In this document: piece by piece, positions 30,277 through 44,800 of the stretch | How the letters are laid out: each line of letters starts with the position of its first letter | How positions within the stretch are numbered: the stretch's first letter is position 1 | NCBI GenBank assembly: GCA_946965045.2 | Contig: OX337240.1 | Location: 2,666,001 to 2,730,000, forward strand | DNA from: Epithemia pelagica | Lineage: Eukaryota > Protista > Bacillariophyta | DNA: 64,000 bases | Direction of reading: 5' to 3' | Program-made: the position numbers and the translations under genes | The notes under the pieces: model-generated | Databases searched by the model: none | What the model was told of the DNA's origin: nothing | Seen by the model: the letters and a program-made list of their open reading frames with translations, nothing else

Positions 30277-32088
30277 TGAAGGGAAGATCCCAGAAATCTT
30301 CTAACGTCGCTGATAGCCTTTGGCCGACTGTGTTGACTCAGAAGTGACTAGATTAACATACTTGCCTTCTTTTCTGCTCTGCTGATTGAACTGTGTCGTG
30401 GAGCAATACCAAACATTCTAGTTATCAAGTCGAAGAACGGGCGGCCTCGTCAGTAATCGGGGTTCCGTTGCCAGTTGTTGTCCCCGTCCTTTGTATGTCA
30501 TTCACCTGGATGGATCGCAGTACTGGTTGAGAACTATGAATCCAAAGCATGAACTTGGCCATGTACTCCTTTCTCCCCTCTGTTTGTGTGAAATGTAACA
30601 AAGCTCGTTCGTTCCGATCCGAATGGTCAACCTAAATGTTCATTTGGTGTTAGATCTCGTAGTATCCGTTTGACTATGTTGTCTTGTTCCACAACCGAAT
30701 TGTCTTATCGAGAAAAAAGATAAGAAGGAATAGCAAAGGAGGTTGATCATGATGATATCGTCCGCTCTCTCTTTTGAGTGTTAGCCAACCTAAACACGCA
30801 GCTGTTTTCCATTTCGTCCACATAGCGTCACGCGGGCGTGCAACATGGAGCAAAACAAGGGATCGCTATGCGCAGAGCATTGCGTGGATGCGCAGTCTCG
30901 ATTGTCATCCTATTGAGGGGTGTCTGTGGGTGTATGGATAGATGTATGCTCACAGGAAAGTCCATTTTTGCGGTGGTGAAGCCCAACAGAGTCTGTCATG
31001 GACAATGATCCGTCACAGTTGCAGTGCTGTCGAAACAAAGCTACTGGGACGACAGCAATCGTCGATTTTGTTGCAACGGACACAACGGTACGTGTCATCG
31101 AATGATCTTTGGTAGGCATGTCCTTGAAGACAACATGGACAACTATTGAACTCGTGACGATCTCAATTCTGTTTCATGGAGATGGTAGACAACCGACTTC
31201 AGTAGACGCCGTCAATTGCAGCGGACTGTCTTGCCCAGAGCCATCCTCTGTTGCCATGAAGAATGAAGATGATCGGGCGAGATAACTTTTGCCTTTCGCA
31301 TAGTCGGCCATGCTCTTCTGCTTGAACAAGTACCGAGGCAGACTTGGCGCTGTACCCTCGTTCACCGGCTTGCTGCTGTAACTGAGCTTCGCTAGCTAAA
31401 CCCAGAAGGACACGACGATCAGTCGATGCGACGCGTTCTTTCCATGTCCATCCGTATTCTTGGAAGTATGAATGGGGGCAAAGACTGAATCCCTCAAGAA
31501 TCACCAAGAGATAGAAGTCCAGATCAAAACAGATCCATATGAGATGCTGGTTGGTAGGCCACCGATCGTTTCCAAGAAGTGTTGCTTGCCCCCCTGGAGC
31601 CATAAACGGCGACTGTCCCGTCTGGATCGGAACGATTTGCTCTGAAACCACAACAAGACTTGACTTTTCTTGGGCTCAAGGCATATCATGATCCTAGTTG
31701 TCACTTCGGTACAACGGAGAGTTCGTCTTGCTGATGCGACCAACTAGGGTGATGATATGCTCTGTTCCGTTGTGGTCATGAAAGGCATCATGATCAAGAA
31801 AGGAATCGAAATACGGCTTACTCCCTGAGACACCAAAATTGATCCTCTGTGTGCGTTGGATGAACACGGGTTTTCTTCATGTTCAGGACTCTCTTTTGGC
31901 ATGATCGTCCTCGCACCGATAGCTCTTGGCGCCTTAGCGGAGGTGGATGAGATCCCTGATCGCTCCTCTGACCTTCTGGAACTCGAATGTAAAGAGCCTG
32001 AAGATAACTGAGCCTTGCCCGCCCTTTTTTCCCACGAACCAAGAAAGCAGAGGCATGTACACTAGATCGCGTCCTTTTCTTTGGCTTC

Positions 32089-32875
32089 TTGTTTGCTTGG
32101 ATAGTATATTATTGTCCACGTCTGGTATCCCTGCAACGGTGGTTGTTTCATGGATATCATGCCTGGATGATGATATGCTATCCATCAAATGAGAAAAGAA
32201 GGGAACGGCATTTGCGGACTGGCGCTTCCTCGAAGCCCGAAGAGAATCTTCCCCTGTCACTTTTGATCTCGCCGCTGGATGCACCGGCATTGGGTTTCTT
32301 TGCGTCTAGTCTTTTACGCAAGAGTCTTTCCGCTAGACATCAGTTTGATGGGAAAGACCTTTTTCGATGCTGGAGGCAAAACGGAAGAAGATTCTCCTCT
32401 TCGTGCGATATCTGCGGAAAGAGAGGCACTGCTCTTTTGATGGGGAGACGCGGAGCTCGTCAAGAAGCCATCCATTCTTATCTGTTTGCGGCCGTTCTCG
32501 CCGAAAGAAACTGTCTCAAGCGATCTAGTTTCAAAGAGGAATGCCTTCCATGCGTCTACTCATCTTTCGAAGTTCCCAGCTTCAATTGTGGACAATTCAC
32601 GATCTTGGTAGAACGGTGTCGTGGGAAAACTATAGAAGAACAATACCAGCACTCGGATCTTCCTCTGCGGTCATACAAGTATGATAAACCTAGAGATGAT
32701 CCTCTGCATGGTGTATGGGAAAGAGGATTCATCATACATGGCAGTCATCCGAAAGGCTCACAACATCCATCCACGTTGTTATAAGAGTCCGCAGAACCCC
32801 AACGAAACGGACGCTATCCTAACGATGACAATGAGGGCTTTTCTCTCCGTGATTCGGATCTTAGACGACTCATGA
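32089..32875 (+). pseudogene. Degenerate protein-kinase-like fragment
   Basis: LPCVYSSF...TILVERCRGKT...LHGVWERGFIIHG then frameshift to IRKAHNI...DAIL; resembles kinase subdomains V-VII but HxD/DFG are not intact. Confidence 0.3.
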
Positions 32876-34993
32876 CTAATAATTCATCATGTCTATGTGT
32901 GACTGATCCTTGATGAAGAGGATGATTGATTGTACCACTTTTCTCACTTTTTGACTTTCTCAAATTTTCGTTCGCAAGTGAAAAACGGGAAGGACGTGTT
33001 GCAGGAATATTATGCGTAGCTATGGAAAGTGCGCGGTGGTTTGAGAGGTAAACTAGTCTTTCGTAGCCTCTGAACCAATCACCATTCTTGCTGCAATTTA
33101 CAATGAAATCATTCTGCATATCTTCTCTTAACCGGCCCGGTCGGCAAAGCGTCCAATCACTCAAGAGAAACACATCTTCAGTCAAGCGTGTCTTGCGATG
33201 ACAAACCAACGGGTCTCAAACATTAACGAAAACGTGACAAGGGTTCAGCGCGTCACCGATAATAATCCCAGAGTGGCCCTGGAGGAAAGACAATCAACAA
33301 TGAAGTGACTCAAATGATCCGCTTAATTGCTGACTTGGGGCGGTTACGCCACGGAGAAAGAAGAACAAGCAGATTATGTGGGTCTGAGTCTGAGGTTATG
33401 CCTAAACTCTTTTCTCTCTTGTTCCCATAGTGTTCGGACAGGTTTGTTGATCAGTGCAAAGTAGAGTTGATCAGAAGACAGACATGGTTTATTGTTTGTG
33501 GTTCATCCTCATTTCATAAGACCCCTGTCCTTTTCGTGACGACTAAGGGGGTAGCTCTAGGAAGGCTATCTGCTATCTGGTGCGATATGAATATTTAATC
33601 CTATGGCGCTTTATACAACTAATAAGGGAAAACCAGATCCAGATAAGCCCAACGGAGGATAGTTTACGGCATATAAAATTCTTCAAGTAAAGTTGATATG
33701 TTAGATGGGGCCAAGACATATGATGAAGACCAATAATTGGTAAGGAAAGTCGGTCAGTAAGTACGAGTACATCTGATATTTTCCTTCTACTCGTGTATTG
33801 GAGCCGCTACCGAGCCATTTTCTTTCGATACGTGCAATACACATCTTCTTCGCATATATTAAAAAATCCATAATCGATAATCGAGCCTCACTTCTCACTT
33901 TCCGTCATGATCATGTTGATCATGCCTCACTGACTAAGTTGACTGGTTATGGCAACATGAATCAAAATTCCGGATTTATGACATCTCGTTAGCCAGCCAA
34001 CGTTTAAGGCATGAAGGGTGAAGGGATTGTGTTCTTTATTCAAGAACTCTAACTTCTTGTTTCAATGGCGGGTGTCCGTGAAGTCGATGCGGTTGCCCAA
34101 CCTTATGGAACATTCTCACAAGAAGTACCAGAGGGGCATCAACACGACTGCTCTGCTTACCTCTATGCAAGGGTTCAAACTTGATGTAGGAAGGGATCGT
34201 AGTCTGATGTCCAGTCCCGCCTCCCATGGCACCAGAATGGGAATCCTTTCTTTTCACAAAGGAAAGGAGAGACAGCCAAAAATCATAGTGACCCTGAGAA
34301 CCATTGTTTCATACTGGCCATGGGACTGCTATTGAATCCACCGAATTTTTCGTTTCAGATGATGCACATGTTCCCCTCGGTTGTGAATGAAGGATGACAA
34401 GGCTTAGGTCTCCAATCGAACACACGACATCTCCTGGCACGAATCTGTGCCATTGCTGTGCCATATACCTGACTCGGGGCAACCATGAAAGCGATAGCTC
34501 ACATGACGGTGATCAGGGCCGTGAGAAGAGATGAGTATCGACACGATGGCCTTGAGGATCTCATGAAGTGGGACACACAGAAACGAGATACACGAGGACT
34601 CTTGGGTGCTAAGGATCGACACAAAAAAGAAGGGCATCCACAACAAGATGCACGAGACCCAGCTCTGGAAACCTTGTATTTTGAAGCAGCGTAAAGTTTC
34701 GCTGTATTGGTTTCAGCACAGTGAGATGATTTTTCATATTCAACAGCATACCGTCTTGCGCAATGTGCTGTTTTCGAATGACCAAACATCGAGCTAGCAC
34801 GTTGAAGCTGAATTCGACTTAAATGGAGTTCCGAAAAAGTTCAGAGTTGCGTTCACGAAGAGTCAGGCATTGGCTTGTGGGAGGCCAAGTGCGGACGAAG
34901 ATGGATGCGAACCTCATCTCGCTCTTCTTCGGCCATGGATAGTCGTTTTCCCAACACACGTATGTCCCTCATGGCACTTTTGTTGTTGCGGTG

Positions 34994-35033
34994 GTGGTGG
35001 TTCGACCTCGAGTGGTGGTTCGACCTCGAGTGG
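34994..35033 (+). repeat. 18-bp tandem repeat x2.2
   Basis: GTGGTGGTTCGACCTCGA twice plus GTGG. Confidence 0.85.
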
Positions 35034-36665
35034 CTCGGGCCGTCTTGGGCTGCTGCTACTGACCAGCGAAAGCGAATCGGACAAACCGTTAGAGAATGTG
35101 AACATTGGGAAAAAGACAAAATTTTCTCTTGAATATTGGTGAGTACTTTTTTGCAAACTTGCCAACAGCGCATTCTGACCTGTCGTTACGCGAGCTGTGG
35201 CGCTTCATAAGGACAAAGGGAACACAAAGTCCTTCGATTGCAATGACATGCTTTGGTCTATATCACAGGAGAAGCATATACGAAAATGATTCTATGTGAG
35301 GATCCGAGCGAAACGATCCAGTGAAAACCGTCTCACTGCCACTCATGGCTTTCAGCGTACTTGAAAGATCCTCGGGTTTACACGACGACATAGCAGGTGA
35401 TTCGCCATGTCCTTGCACCGGGTCCCGATGAAGAAAGCAGATCATCATCCAAGTATGGCATCAGCGATAAATGGGACAACGTATCACTGGCGCAGTACTT
35501 GAATAATGATCTGCTTGACGCATCAGAACAACTTCACCAGAGAAAAACAATACTCCCTCCCATGTTGAATCAGAGCACATTCTGTGTCCTTGGACTGATT
35601 GATCGGCACAAACTGCATTGGCTTACTAAATCAAAGATTGAGAACCTCGTATCTTGGCATGTTAGACGGATGAGACGAGACAACAATGCGCACCCTCAAA
35701 CAGAATAGTTCTTGTCAGGGACATGAGAAGACACCACACAGACAAAAATATTTGTGGTTGCGCTCCTGTTCAACATGTCGTTGGTGCCATATGCGATCTT
35801 TTGTCCGTGAACAACTCTAAGCCCAAACCACGAGATACAAACAAGATTGGTCGAGCAACTCCTTGTCCCAACGTCTGGAACATATGTTCAAGGGTCTGGC
35901 ACTTCAAAAGGACAAACCTGTACTTAGTCGATCCTCATGGCAGCACTATTGAACGGGTCGATAGAACCGACGACAGAGCGTTGGCAGTCACCTATTGTCG
36001 ACGACAACGACAGAGCCAGTTTTGCTGGGTGTCAACTCTGGGCGACGCCTAAGCGGCTAAGCGGGGGTGGGGTAGTCGCTCCTATATGGATTATTCAGTA
36101 TCAAAATTGTGCGCTTCCATGGTCTACATCATTGTCTCTCTAGAGAGTAAATCACATGTGCCAAAAGGGCAGGGTAGGTCTCATAGTATCACGAGATGAA
36201 CTACTCCTTTGTGCTAGCTACCTCTAAGCAAAGAAAGTGTCATTTCATCTCGGAGTACTCTACCATTCCTCAGACCTTCTAGAGCAATGATTCAAACAAT
36301 AATCGCTTTGAATATTGGTTTGTTCATTGATTATTTCCCAAATGGAAATGCACTATGGGCCGTCATCTAGTTAGCTCTGTTTAACCTTTTCAGATTTGGT
36401 CGTAGTTCTACATGTTGTGGCTCTTCCTGAGTCCACCCGAAAGCATACAAGTAACAAAGGTTGAACAGCATAGATTGATCTATGAACAAATCTCTCTCAT
36501 CTACTACATGAATCCTCTTTCTGTGGACTACTAGTAGTCTCATCGAATCGAACTTTTTCGGCGCAAATAACGCCAAGCATTAGCGTACATAGCCTTTCGA
36601 CTTCTCCTACTACTCCTAGGTAGGAGTAGGTACTCCTAGCTAAAGGTAGCGTCTTCTGACTCCTA

Positions 36666-37270
36666 AGGGCTGGGTAAGCCGATCCATGTTCGGCTAGGTA
36701 GGCTCAGTACATTAAGCTACGTAGTACTATTTTCATCAGTGTAGTAAGTGGGGCGGATGGTCTCAAATCGAAAACTTGCTGCCACGAGAAACATTGCAAA
36801 TTGGAAGCCATCGCTCGACAATGATGGAAGTCATCACCCCCATGGCAATAACTTCCTGAACAATTGAGCCTGCCTGAATCACTTTTACAATAAGAATCTT
36901 TACTACTAGAGCAACTTAGCTTTCACTTTGATTCAGGCACCCTTGAAAAATGAATGAGTTAGGGCGGTCGTTCGATTTCATCACTGCAGAAAAATGAGCG
37001 TACCTTTTCAGCCAACTTGGCAAATCTTCTGTAATTTCAGACAACAATTTCAAAGGTAAAGGCAAAGAACTTACGGTGGGTGGATGTTTATGCGATGCAT
37101 GGGTGAATGCATACGGCGTCACCGGATCTCGCCATCATTGTCGAGCGTTTTTGCATTTTTTTGAAATTCCGACCATTTCCGGCGTGACGTGTACTATCTG
37201 ATTTTATGTACTCTACGTAGCTTTTGTACTGAGCCTACCTAGCCGAACATGGATCGGCTTACCCAGCCCT
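36666..37270. mobile_element. MITE / non-autonomous DNA transposon with long TIRs
   Basis: 46-bp perfect TIR (AGGGCTGGGTAAGCCGATCC...), extending imperfectly inward to a 16-bp inverted pair at 36812-36827 / 37132-37147; flanked by TA. Confidence 0.85.
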
Positions 37271-39827
37271 TAGAGACATCTCTTATCTCTTTGCCCTCCG
37301 CTTCATGCGTGTTTGTGTACAGGAGACGTTCGCGCAACGAACGTTCCGAAGCCATTGAAGGACATCTTTGCGAGAATCTTTCCCTTATGCTGGCGATAGC
37401 TATGGTGATTGAATCATACCCCAAGGATCACACTGTGACAACTGGAAATGGACTGCAGCGATGAACGAGTTGCGTTTATGCCGAATCGTTGCTGGTGCAA
37501 ATTGGCTTGTTGCGTATTGTCAATATCGATTGTATGCAGCTGAATGTCAAATGCCAAATGCCAAATGCAAGTTAAGCAGGATTTCTATGGCATCTGCGGC
37601 GACGCTTTCGTGCATGGTTGGGATCGGGTGTTTTCAGCATCATCTCTCACATTGACGCTACCTGGTATCCAGCCCAGGCATTGTGGCCATCTCTCCCATG
37701 TGTTCAGTTTTCTTTATCCTTGTCTCCATCAGTGAAATCCTGTTCAAAATGATGATGTTTCGTGTTTCTAGCCCTACAATGTCCTTGTTGACCTAGTAAA
37801 GGAGAGGGTCCTTGGTACACATCAGGTCCTCTTCCTGGTTGATACACGTATCATTGGTATTCAGGTGAGCTCATGAATCCAAGTAAAGATCCAGCGAGGT
37901 CGCTCCTCTTGTATTGGGCGGACACCGCAAGTCATAATCCGAGCATTTGTGCTAAGATGCCCTGAATTTTTTTCATGCCGTCCAACTGTGGCATGAGAAT
38001 TTGCTTTTTTATCTCCGGCTGCAAAAGTTGCCTCGTTCCTTGAATGTTGATCGGAGACTTGGTCATGAATTGAAACTTCATTGGTCAGATGATCACAGGG
38101 TGCATTCCAAATGTCGATGGGCATCATCCGGAACTGTTTCATTCCTCTCGCAGTTTGAAGGGGGTGCAAGTCATGATTCGTGCATCTAATGAAAGAGTCA
38201 TCGAGTGCTATGACCCCTTTTTTAAATGCGCGGATGATGATTTGCTCCTTTTTCAATCAGATACATGAGCGGGGTGTCTTTTCGTCAGTCTTGAGTAGAC
38301 TCGAGTTTCTTTTTAACTTTGATTTGTCGAGGTACTATCTCCTGTCGAAGTCATGAATGACCTGGGATTTCACGTCGGCACATCTATGGGGCTTGCCACA
38401 AACAGCATCTTCGACTTAACATGTCAACATAAAACTTCAGTGCCGTTGCTTCGTTCATACGAATATTGCCATCACAAACAAGGGCCGCCGCTCAGAACGT
38501 CGACCTAATTTTGTTCCCAAGTTTGCCTTACTGCGCTTCTTCCAATGACCAGGTCTGGAGGCTCCACAAGATGCCCCCTTGCACTGATAATCGGGCTTTG
38601 TTGCCCTTGCAGTTCTGCGGACTTCAAGACCAAGCAGCTTCAGTAGGCCTAGCTCCAATCCCGAATTTTTTAATTATCTTGCCTTGGCTTCTTCACGCTA
38701 TTGTACTGACCCCATTTTTCTTGGACCAAGGCGACAAGCATGGATGAGCTCCCAGAAGAGCACTATCCGCTGGGCGGAGAAGATGACAATGGAATCATGA
38801 ACGGGAATCTGTGCAGATATATGATTTATGGTGTCGTCCCGTTTGTACCAGGTCCATGATGTGGTATGTGGTCAGTGCTAGCAAATGAATATGAGAAATA
38901 ATCAGACGCCGTCGATATGAATTCTGAATTCGCATCGTTCTTCTTCGGGTCACATCGAAATGCGATATCCGTTGGGTACGAAGAGCATAACAAATCCTAA
39001 TAATTAGGCCCCTTGAATCTCTTATCTCTTTGATTTGCGAGCAACGCGGCATTGCAATTGACTTCCATCGAACAAACACTGGGTCAATGCAAGGACGTCT
39101 TTCGTTTCTCACTGTTTACGATTCTGGTCACTGGTTGGCGACTTGGTCTTTGAATTCGCAACTTATTTCTTATAGGGGCGTGTAGTTTTTGTTCCACTCT
39201 TGAACGAGATCTGACGGCAAGTTGATGAAACCAGGCCGGCATAAATTATCACTCATAAGGACCCATGCCAAATCGACAGGTTCAAAACTCTTGATTCTGG
39301 TTCAATTGATCAAATCAATGACATCAATGGTACATGCTTGAACCGTCTCGATGGTTTATATTGCGAGTGTCTGAAGTATAAAACGAATGACACCGTAAGG
39401 TCAAGGGCCAAGTATCAAGCGATGTTGAAAAAGGTACTCCCACTGCTACTCACCTCGCCTTTATGCTACGATAACAAAAATGGCACATGATGGAAACGCT
39501 ATCACAGCTGAAGAGTATCAGGAGGACTGTGATCTTCGAGGGACGTATTTCAAGGTGTCTCGATGCACACCGAGATTGATAGCGTTATTTTGTCAAGAAG
39601 CGAACGTGTTTTCAGATCTAGAGTTTGTGTCGCCAGGTGCTTGTTACGCCTTCTTGTCCGAGACAGAACTGTAACAGCCTTCATGCTTCCACGGTGACAT
39701 CGATACGTCGCCAGGACGAGATTTAAATTGTTGGTTTTGAGACAAGGCTTGAGGATGCACTGATACACAATAACACTTTCGGAATGCACTCATCTGGATG
39801 AGAGGCAGAAATTTTTGTGCATGTACT

Positions 39828-40036
39828 TGGATGAAAGCAACCGCCAAAATCATGGACTGTCGAATCGAAGAAGGCTTGATCGTTCCGCCTACCAACTCAG
39901 GAACAGCGATGAGTGATTTCTCGTCCTGGACATGGATGAAAGCAACCAGCAAAATCATGGACTGTCGAATCGAAGAAGGCTTGATCGTTCCCCCTACCAA
40001 CTCAGGGAACAGGGATGAGTGATATCTCGTCCTGGA
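39828..40036 (+). repeat. 105-bp tandem duplication x2
   Basis: TGGATGAAAGCAACC...CTCGTCCTGGA at 39828 and 39933; few substitutions and a 1-nt insertion. Confidence 0.9.
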
Positions 40037-41228
40037 GCATAACAAAATGGTGACATTTTCCTCATGTTCCCATTGGCTCAACGATCCTTATGGATGTTGA
40101 AGTGAAAGCTTCCTTACATGAAACCATCACGAGATCTTATGCAAGAGGCATATCATCTTCCAAGTTGTCGAATCAGCAATACATTTTCATCGTAGTACCG
40201 GTGCAACACTTGGCAATGATCTGTCTTTCGCAAAAGTCCTGAGTGACTAGTAACTCCCGTTGATGCGGTCCTGTTTCGAAGCTTTCCCCACCGGAACATG
40301 CTCCTAAACATGAGATCAGATCGCCTTGGGTCATTTATGCCGTGGATATTTGCACTACAGAGCACATGTATGGAACCTGGATCCGCTCGTCGACAAGCGG
40401 AGAAAATGCGGCTTCTTGATCTTTGTTTGAGCAACGAGGGCAGACTAGTTGGACCAACGAACGACGAACACCAAAACAAAAAACCACTACTATACCCTGA
40501 TCGGTCCTTCTTGGTACAAATATGCCGTCGGATATTTGCATGGGGGAGTACGCGAAGCATGAATCAGCTCAACGACACACCGAGAATATGCAGGTTCCTG
40601 ATCTATATCCAAGCAAAATCTTGCATCAACGAACAAAAAAGGACAACGATGAATTACTTGCCTGAGAGTATCATCCCTGGAAAGGGAGTTATTCTTTAAT
40701 CCTGTCAGAAAAAGTGGGTGTGAAATGGATTTATGCAATATGCTATTGCGCATTACGCCGTCTCTTATCGTGCATCTTCCGTTGATGACGCCGCATCGAT
40801 CTTTTATGGTTGGTGGTCGTCAGGACAGTCGTCATCAACGCCGAATTATGTGCTCTGTCGACAGCGATGCTGTATTCTCATTTCATGTACTCTCTCGTTG
40901 TCACACGGTGACGCAGCAAGAAAATCTTCATGGCTGTCCTCTCTTTCTCCCTGTACGAGGGGAAAGCTACCGAAGCTATGTGATGTGACGGACGGGATGA
41001 AAGTCTCTATATTCAAAGTCTATCGTCACCGCAATCTTCACCTATCATCCATTGCAATCATTCTGGCCATCATATAACAAGCATACTGCTGAGATGGGAA
41101 CTGGGATTGTCTTCTTGAGAATATACAATGGTGTTGTTGTGTTTAACGCAGTATTCTGAAAGAGCTAAGACTCGATCAGTCCATTTTTCCTTACATGGAT
41201 GACAGGATATCCTGATGTTGTGGAATAT

Positions 41229-41513
41229 TGTTGGATCACTAGATTGGCCCAAATGGAGTCTTCCGCGCACAGAAGCAATAGAGATGTAAATGTAGACGAA
41301 TTGCTTTTCAAAATGATCGATCTAGAAAGAGTGAGTGTTACGACTAGAGTGTTGTCCAAGATGGGAATTGTTGTTGTGCCAGTTGAGATCGAAATCATCC
41401 AAGAGCTAGGTGATCTATAACCGCCTCCCATGCGGTTTCTATCCCAATGATTTGGATGTGCGACCACTTCGGGATCACGACATGAAGAGCGACTCAATTC
41501 TTTGATTCCGACA
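41229..41513 (-). repeat. 3' LTR of copia 2
   Basis: TGTTGGATCAC...GATTCCGACA, matches 47156-47440. Confidence 0.93.
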
Positions 41514-41803
41514 CCCTGCCAAATTGTGTCGCTCGAATGTCATTGATGCCATAAATTTTGACGAATGCAGAATGATGTGAGAACTGTGTTGCGTGTGCGT
41601 TGAAAGATACCCCGCCTGACTTCGATGTGCTTGTTGTTGTCGGTATGTAATGATGATGATGATAATTTGTTGTTGATGTTGTTGTTGGATTTTGTTGGAT
41701 TCTGATATTATTTTGGTTTTGTGTTGAGATTGCAGTTCAGGCCAGATGCTATCGATGAAGATGACGCGTTTCACTATGGTGGTATGAGGATGAATGGGCT
41801 TGG

Positions 41804-44800
41804 TCAATTGGAAGTCGATTGAGAGCGAAGAAAGGATTGAATCCAGTATGGAATGGGGCCTTGATGGACCATCAATGCGGTTTCGGATCCAGCTAAGGGT
41901 TCAACGTGAGCGCATGGAAGATCACTGGCAGTGTTTGTGGGATCGTCATCGGCCTTGATGTTGGGATCAAGATCGGAGCAATAGACGAGACTGTGACGCT
42001 TGAAGTCAGGACCAGACAAATTCTTGGTGAAAAGATCGGCGCTGTTGTCCGGTGAGTGAACCCATACTGTATGAATGAGTCCTTCTTCCTTCATCTCACG
42101 CAAGAAATGCCACTTCACATCAATATGCCGAGTACGACCACCCACACTCCATGAGTGTGTCAATGCAAGAGCTCCTTTGCAATCCATGTGTAGAATCATG
42201 GGTTTGGCAACGGTAAGTCCCATCTGTTCCAGTACGCGCATTCCAAACAACATCCTCTGACCTGTTTCAACGGCTGCAACAATTTCGGCTTCACTCACGG
42301 ATAGAGTCACACAGTCTTGCATACGGCTAGATTCAGAAATGGGAGCATCTTGCAAGAAAACTGAAATACCAGATATGCTGTGGCGGCGTTCGGGATCCTT
42401 GGCGAAATCGGAATCACTGATACCACGGATGACAAAGTCAAAACTGTCCTTGCGACCATCCCAACAACCAACCGGACGGAGTGTTTTACTGCGCTCAGAA
42501 GTGTCCATACAGTACCGCATGACGCGGTACATTGCCTTGAGGTGGTTCTCCGTTGCTTGTTTCATAAACTTCGACAATTCACGGACGGAGTTCAAAATAT
42601 CTGGTCGAGTCCATTTCATAAGATGCAACAACTTTCCAACTCCGCTACGATAGAGAGACTGCTGCTTGGAAGTCAAACTGGGGGATCCATCGTCATTGCG
42701 AAGAACTTCTCCAGGTGCTGCAGGAGTTGTATACGGCTGTGAAGGAATCGGTACGTCAAACTCATCGTGAAAGCTCTTCAACAACACGGGCTGACTCAAC
42801 TTGCTCTGGCGATTGGTCCGATCGATGTCAATCTTGCACCCAATATATTCGGTCATAGGACCACAATCATCACAGTCGAAATGGGCCTTCATTGCTTCCT
42901 TTGAATGGTGGACTCCGGCTTCAGAGCCACAAATCAAAAAGTCATCTACCCATGACAGCCAAATCACTAATCCAAACGCAGTCCAGGCGAAATAAAGACA
43001 AGGGTCTGCGCGATTGCGAAGAAATCCAATGAGCTGCATCACGACCTGAACCTTATTCCAAAAGGCTCGAGCGGCTTGCTTGGTTCCGTAGAGAGTCTTT
43101 CCCAGAAACACCAACCAACCGGGCGGATATTTGGATTCCATTCCTTTCGGAATGGTCATCCACATCTTGCGGTCCTTTTCAAAATCGCCGAGGAGAAAAG
43201 CGCCCTTGACGTCCATAATATGGACCACCCAATTCGCAATGATGATCAGAACAAGAATGATCATGATGGTCATCTCGGACGCGACAGGAGCAAACGTCGC
43301 ATGACTGTCATAATGTTCGCCGTCGACCTGTTCATAGCCACGGGCGTTAAGACGAGCACGAAAAGTGCCGTTCGCCTTCTTCTTCATGGCCCAAACATTA
43401 CTCAGAATCTTAGCTCCGACAGGGACATCTTCCGGAGCACACGGAATAAACACACCGTTATCAATCATGCGCTGATATTCTTTTTCAATGGACTCAAGCC
43501 ACTGGTCACGTTCAGGACCATTTATGGCTTCTTTGTAGGACAGGACGTGTAACTCTTTAGTATTCTGGATTCCACCGCCTAGACCTGCACCCACTAGGGC
43601 ACATTCCTGTGCAAGCGTTGTAGAGTTTGTGCTATATCCTGAGGCAATACTGTCAATCGGAAAGGTAGGAGCTTGATAGTCGGGATCGACATCAGTAGAC
43701 AGAAAGGCATCGCTGATATCATTGGAGATCAGAGGGGCATCATCATGAAATACAGGAGCTCGATACATGTCGGCATGTTGATAGCCTTGTCGAACGTCAG
43801 AAGCTGGAGGAGCGAAATCGAAATCGGCATCTTCATGTCCCAAAGATGACATAGCTTGATAATACCGCACCTCGGCGCTACTCAGTTGCAATCGGCTGAA
43901 ATCGATGCCAGCACATGCATATTCTTCAATCAGTCGCTTCGGAGGTCGAACATGTCGTCCTGTGCGAGTGACTTGCTCGCGACGAGGAGTTGCAGACGTC
44001 ATCACGCTTACATTATCGTCGGCATCATCGGCTTGATTGATGGTTTCGACAGTCGGTCGTTCAATCTCCATGGGTGCATTGGATTCGGGCTCGATCTCGT
44101 CTGTCTTTGGTTGGGCGTTGTTGTCTTCAAGCATTTCAATAAACGGAGCATTGTCATCGACTAATGGTAGGTCTTCATGGTCGGCATAAGTACTTGGGTC
44201 AACAACTGGACTAACCATGAGATGGGGCACACTTGGAGGAGGAACAAAATACATGCGGCGAAGCCAAACCACATCTCGAGTCATATGGACCATTTTGGTG
44301 GTTGGATTGAACATTCGATATACATCGCCCGCATGATCCTTACAATAGCCCACAAAGAGACAATGGGCTCCACGATCATTCAGCTTCTTTGAGGTGTCTG
44401 TGGCGACCTTGACAGTTCCGGCCTCTCCCCATGTGCGAAGATGATGGGCGAATTTTGGAAGTTGACCACACCAATGTTCATACCGAGTCTGAGAAACACC
44501 ATTGATCTCAATGACGACGAGTCCATCTAATAAAGTCGCAGTATCGAAGGCTGTAGTCCACAATAAATTGCGATATTCCAAAGGCAGGTTAGCTCGATGC
44601 ATCATAGCTCTTCCACGCATAGCAATGGTAGAGATGCTAACTTCCGCTAGGGAGTTCTGTTGGGGAGTATTGCGTGCGGTGAACTCGAACTCGATGCCCA
44701 ATTTCCACGCAGCAGACTGTGCTCGAGACTGTAGAAGAATGTTCTCACCGGCATTGTCAAGTCGGACATGTGTCACACCCAATCCATTGGATGCCCATCG

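Noticed and set aside
30910-31870. Coding-like minus-strand stretch with in-frame stops
   Set aside because: No identifiable motif; needs tBLASTx.
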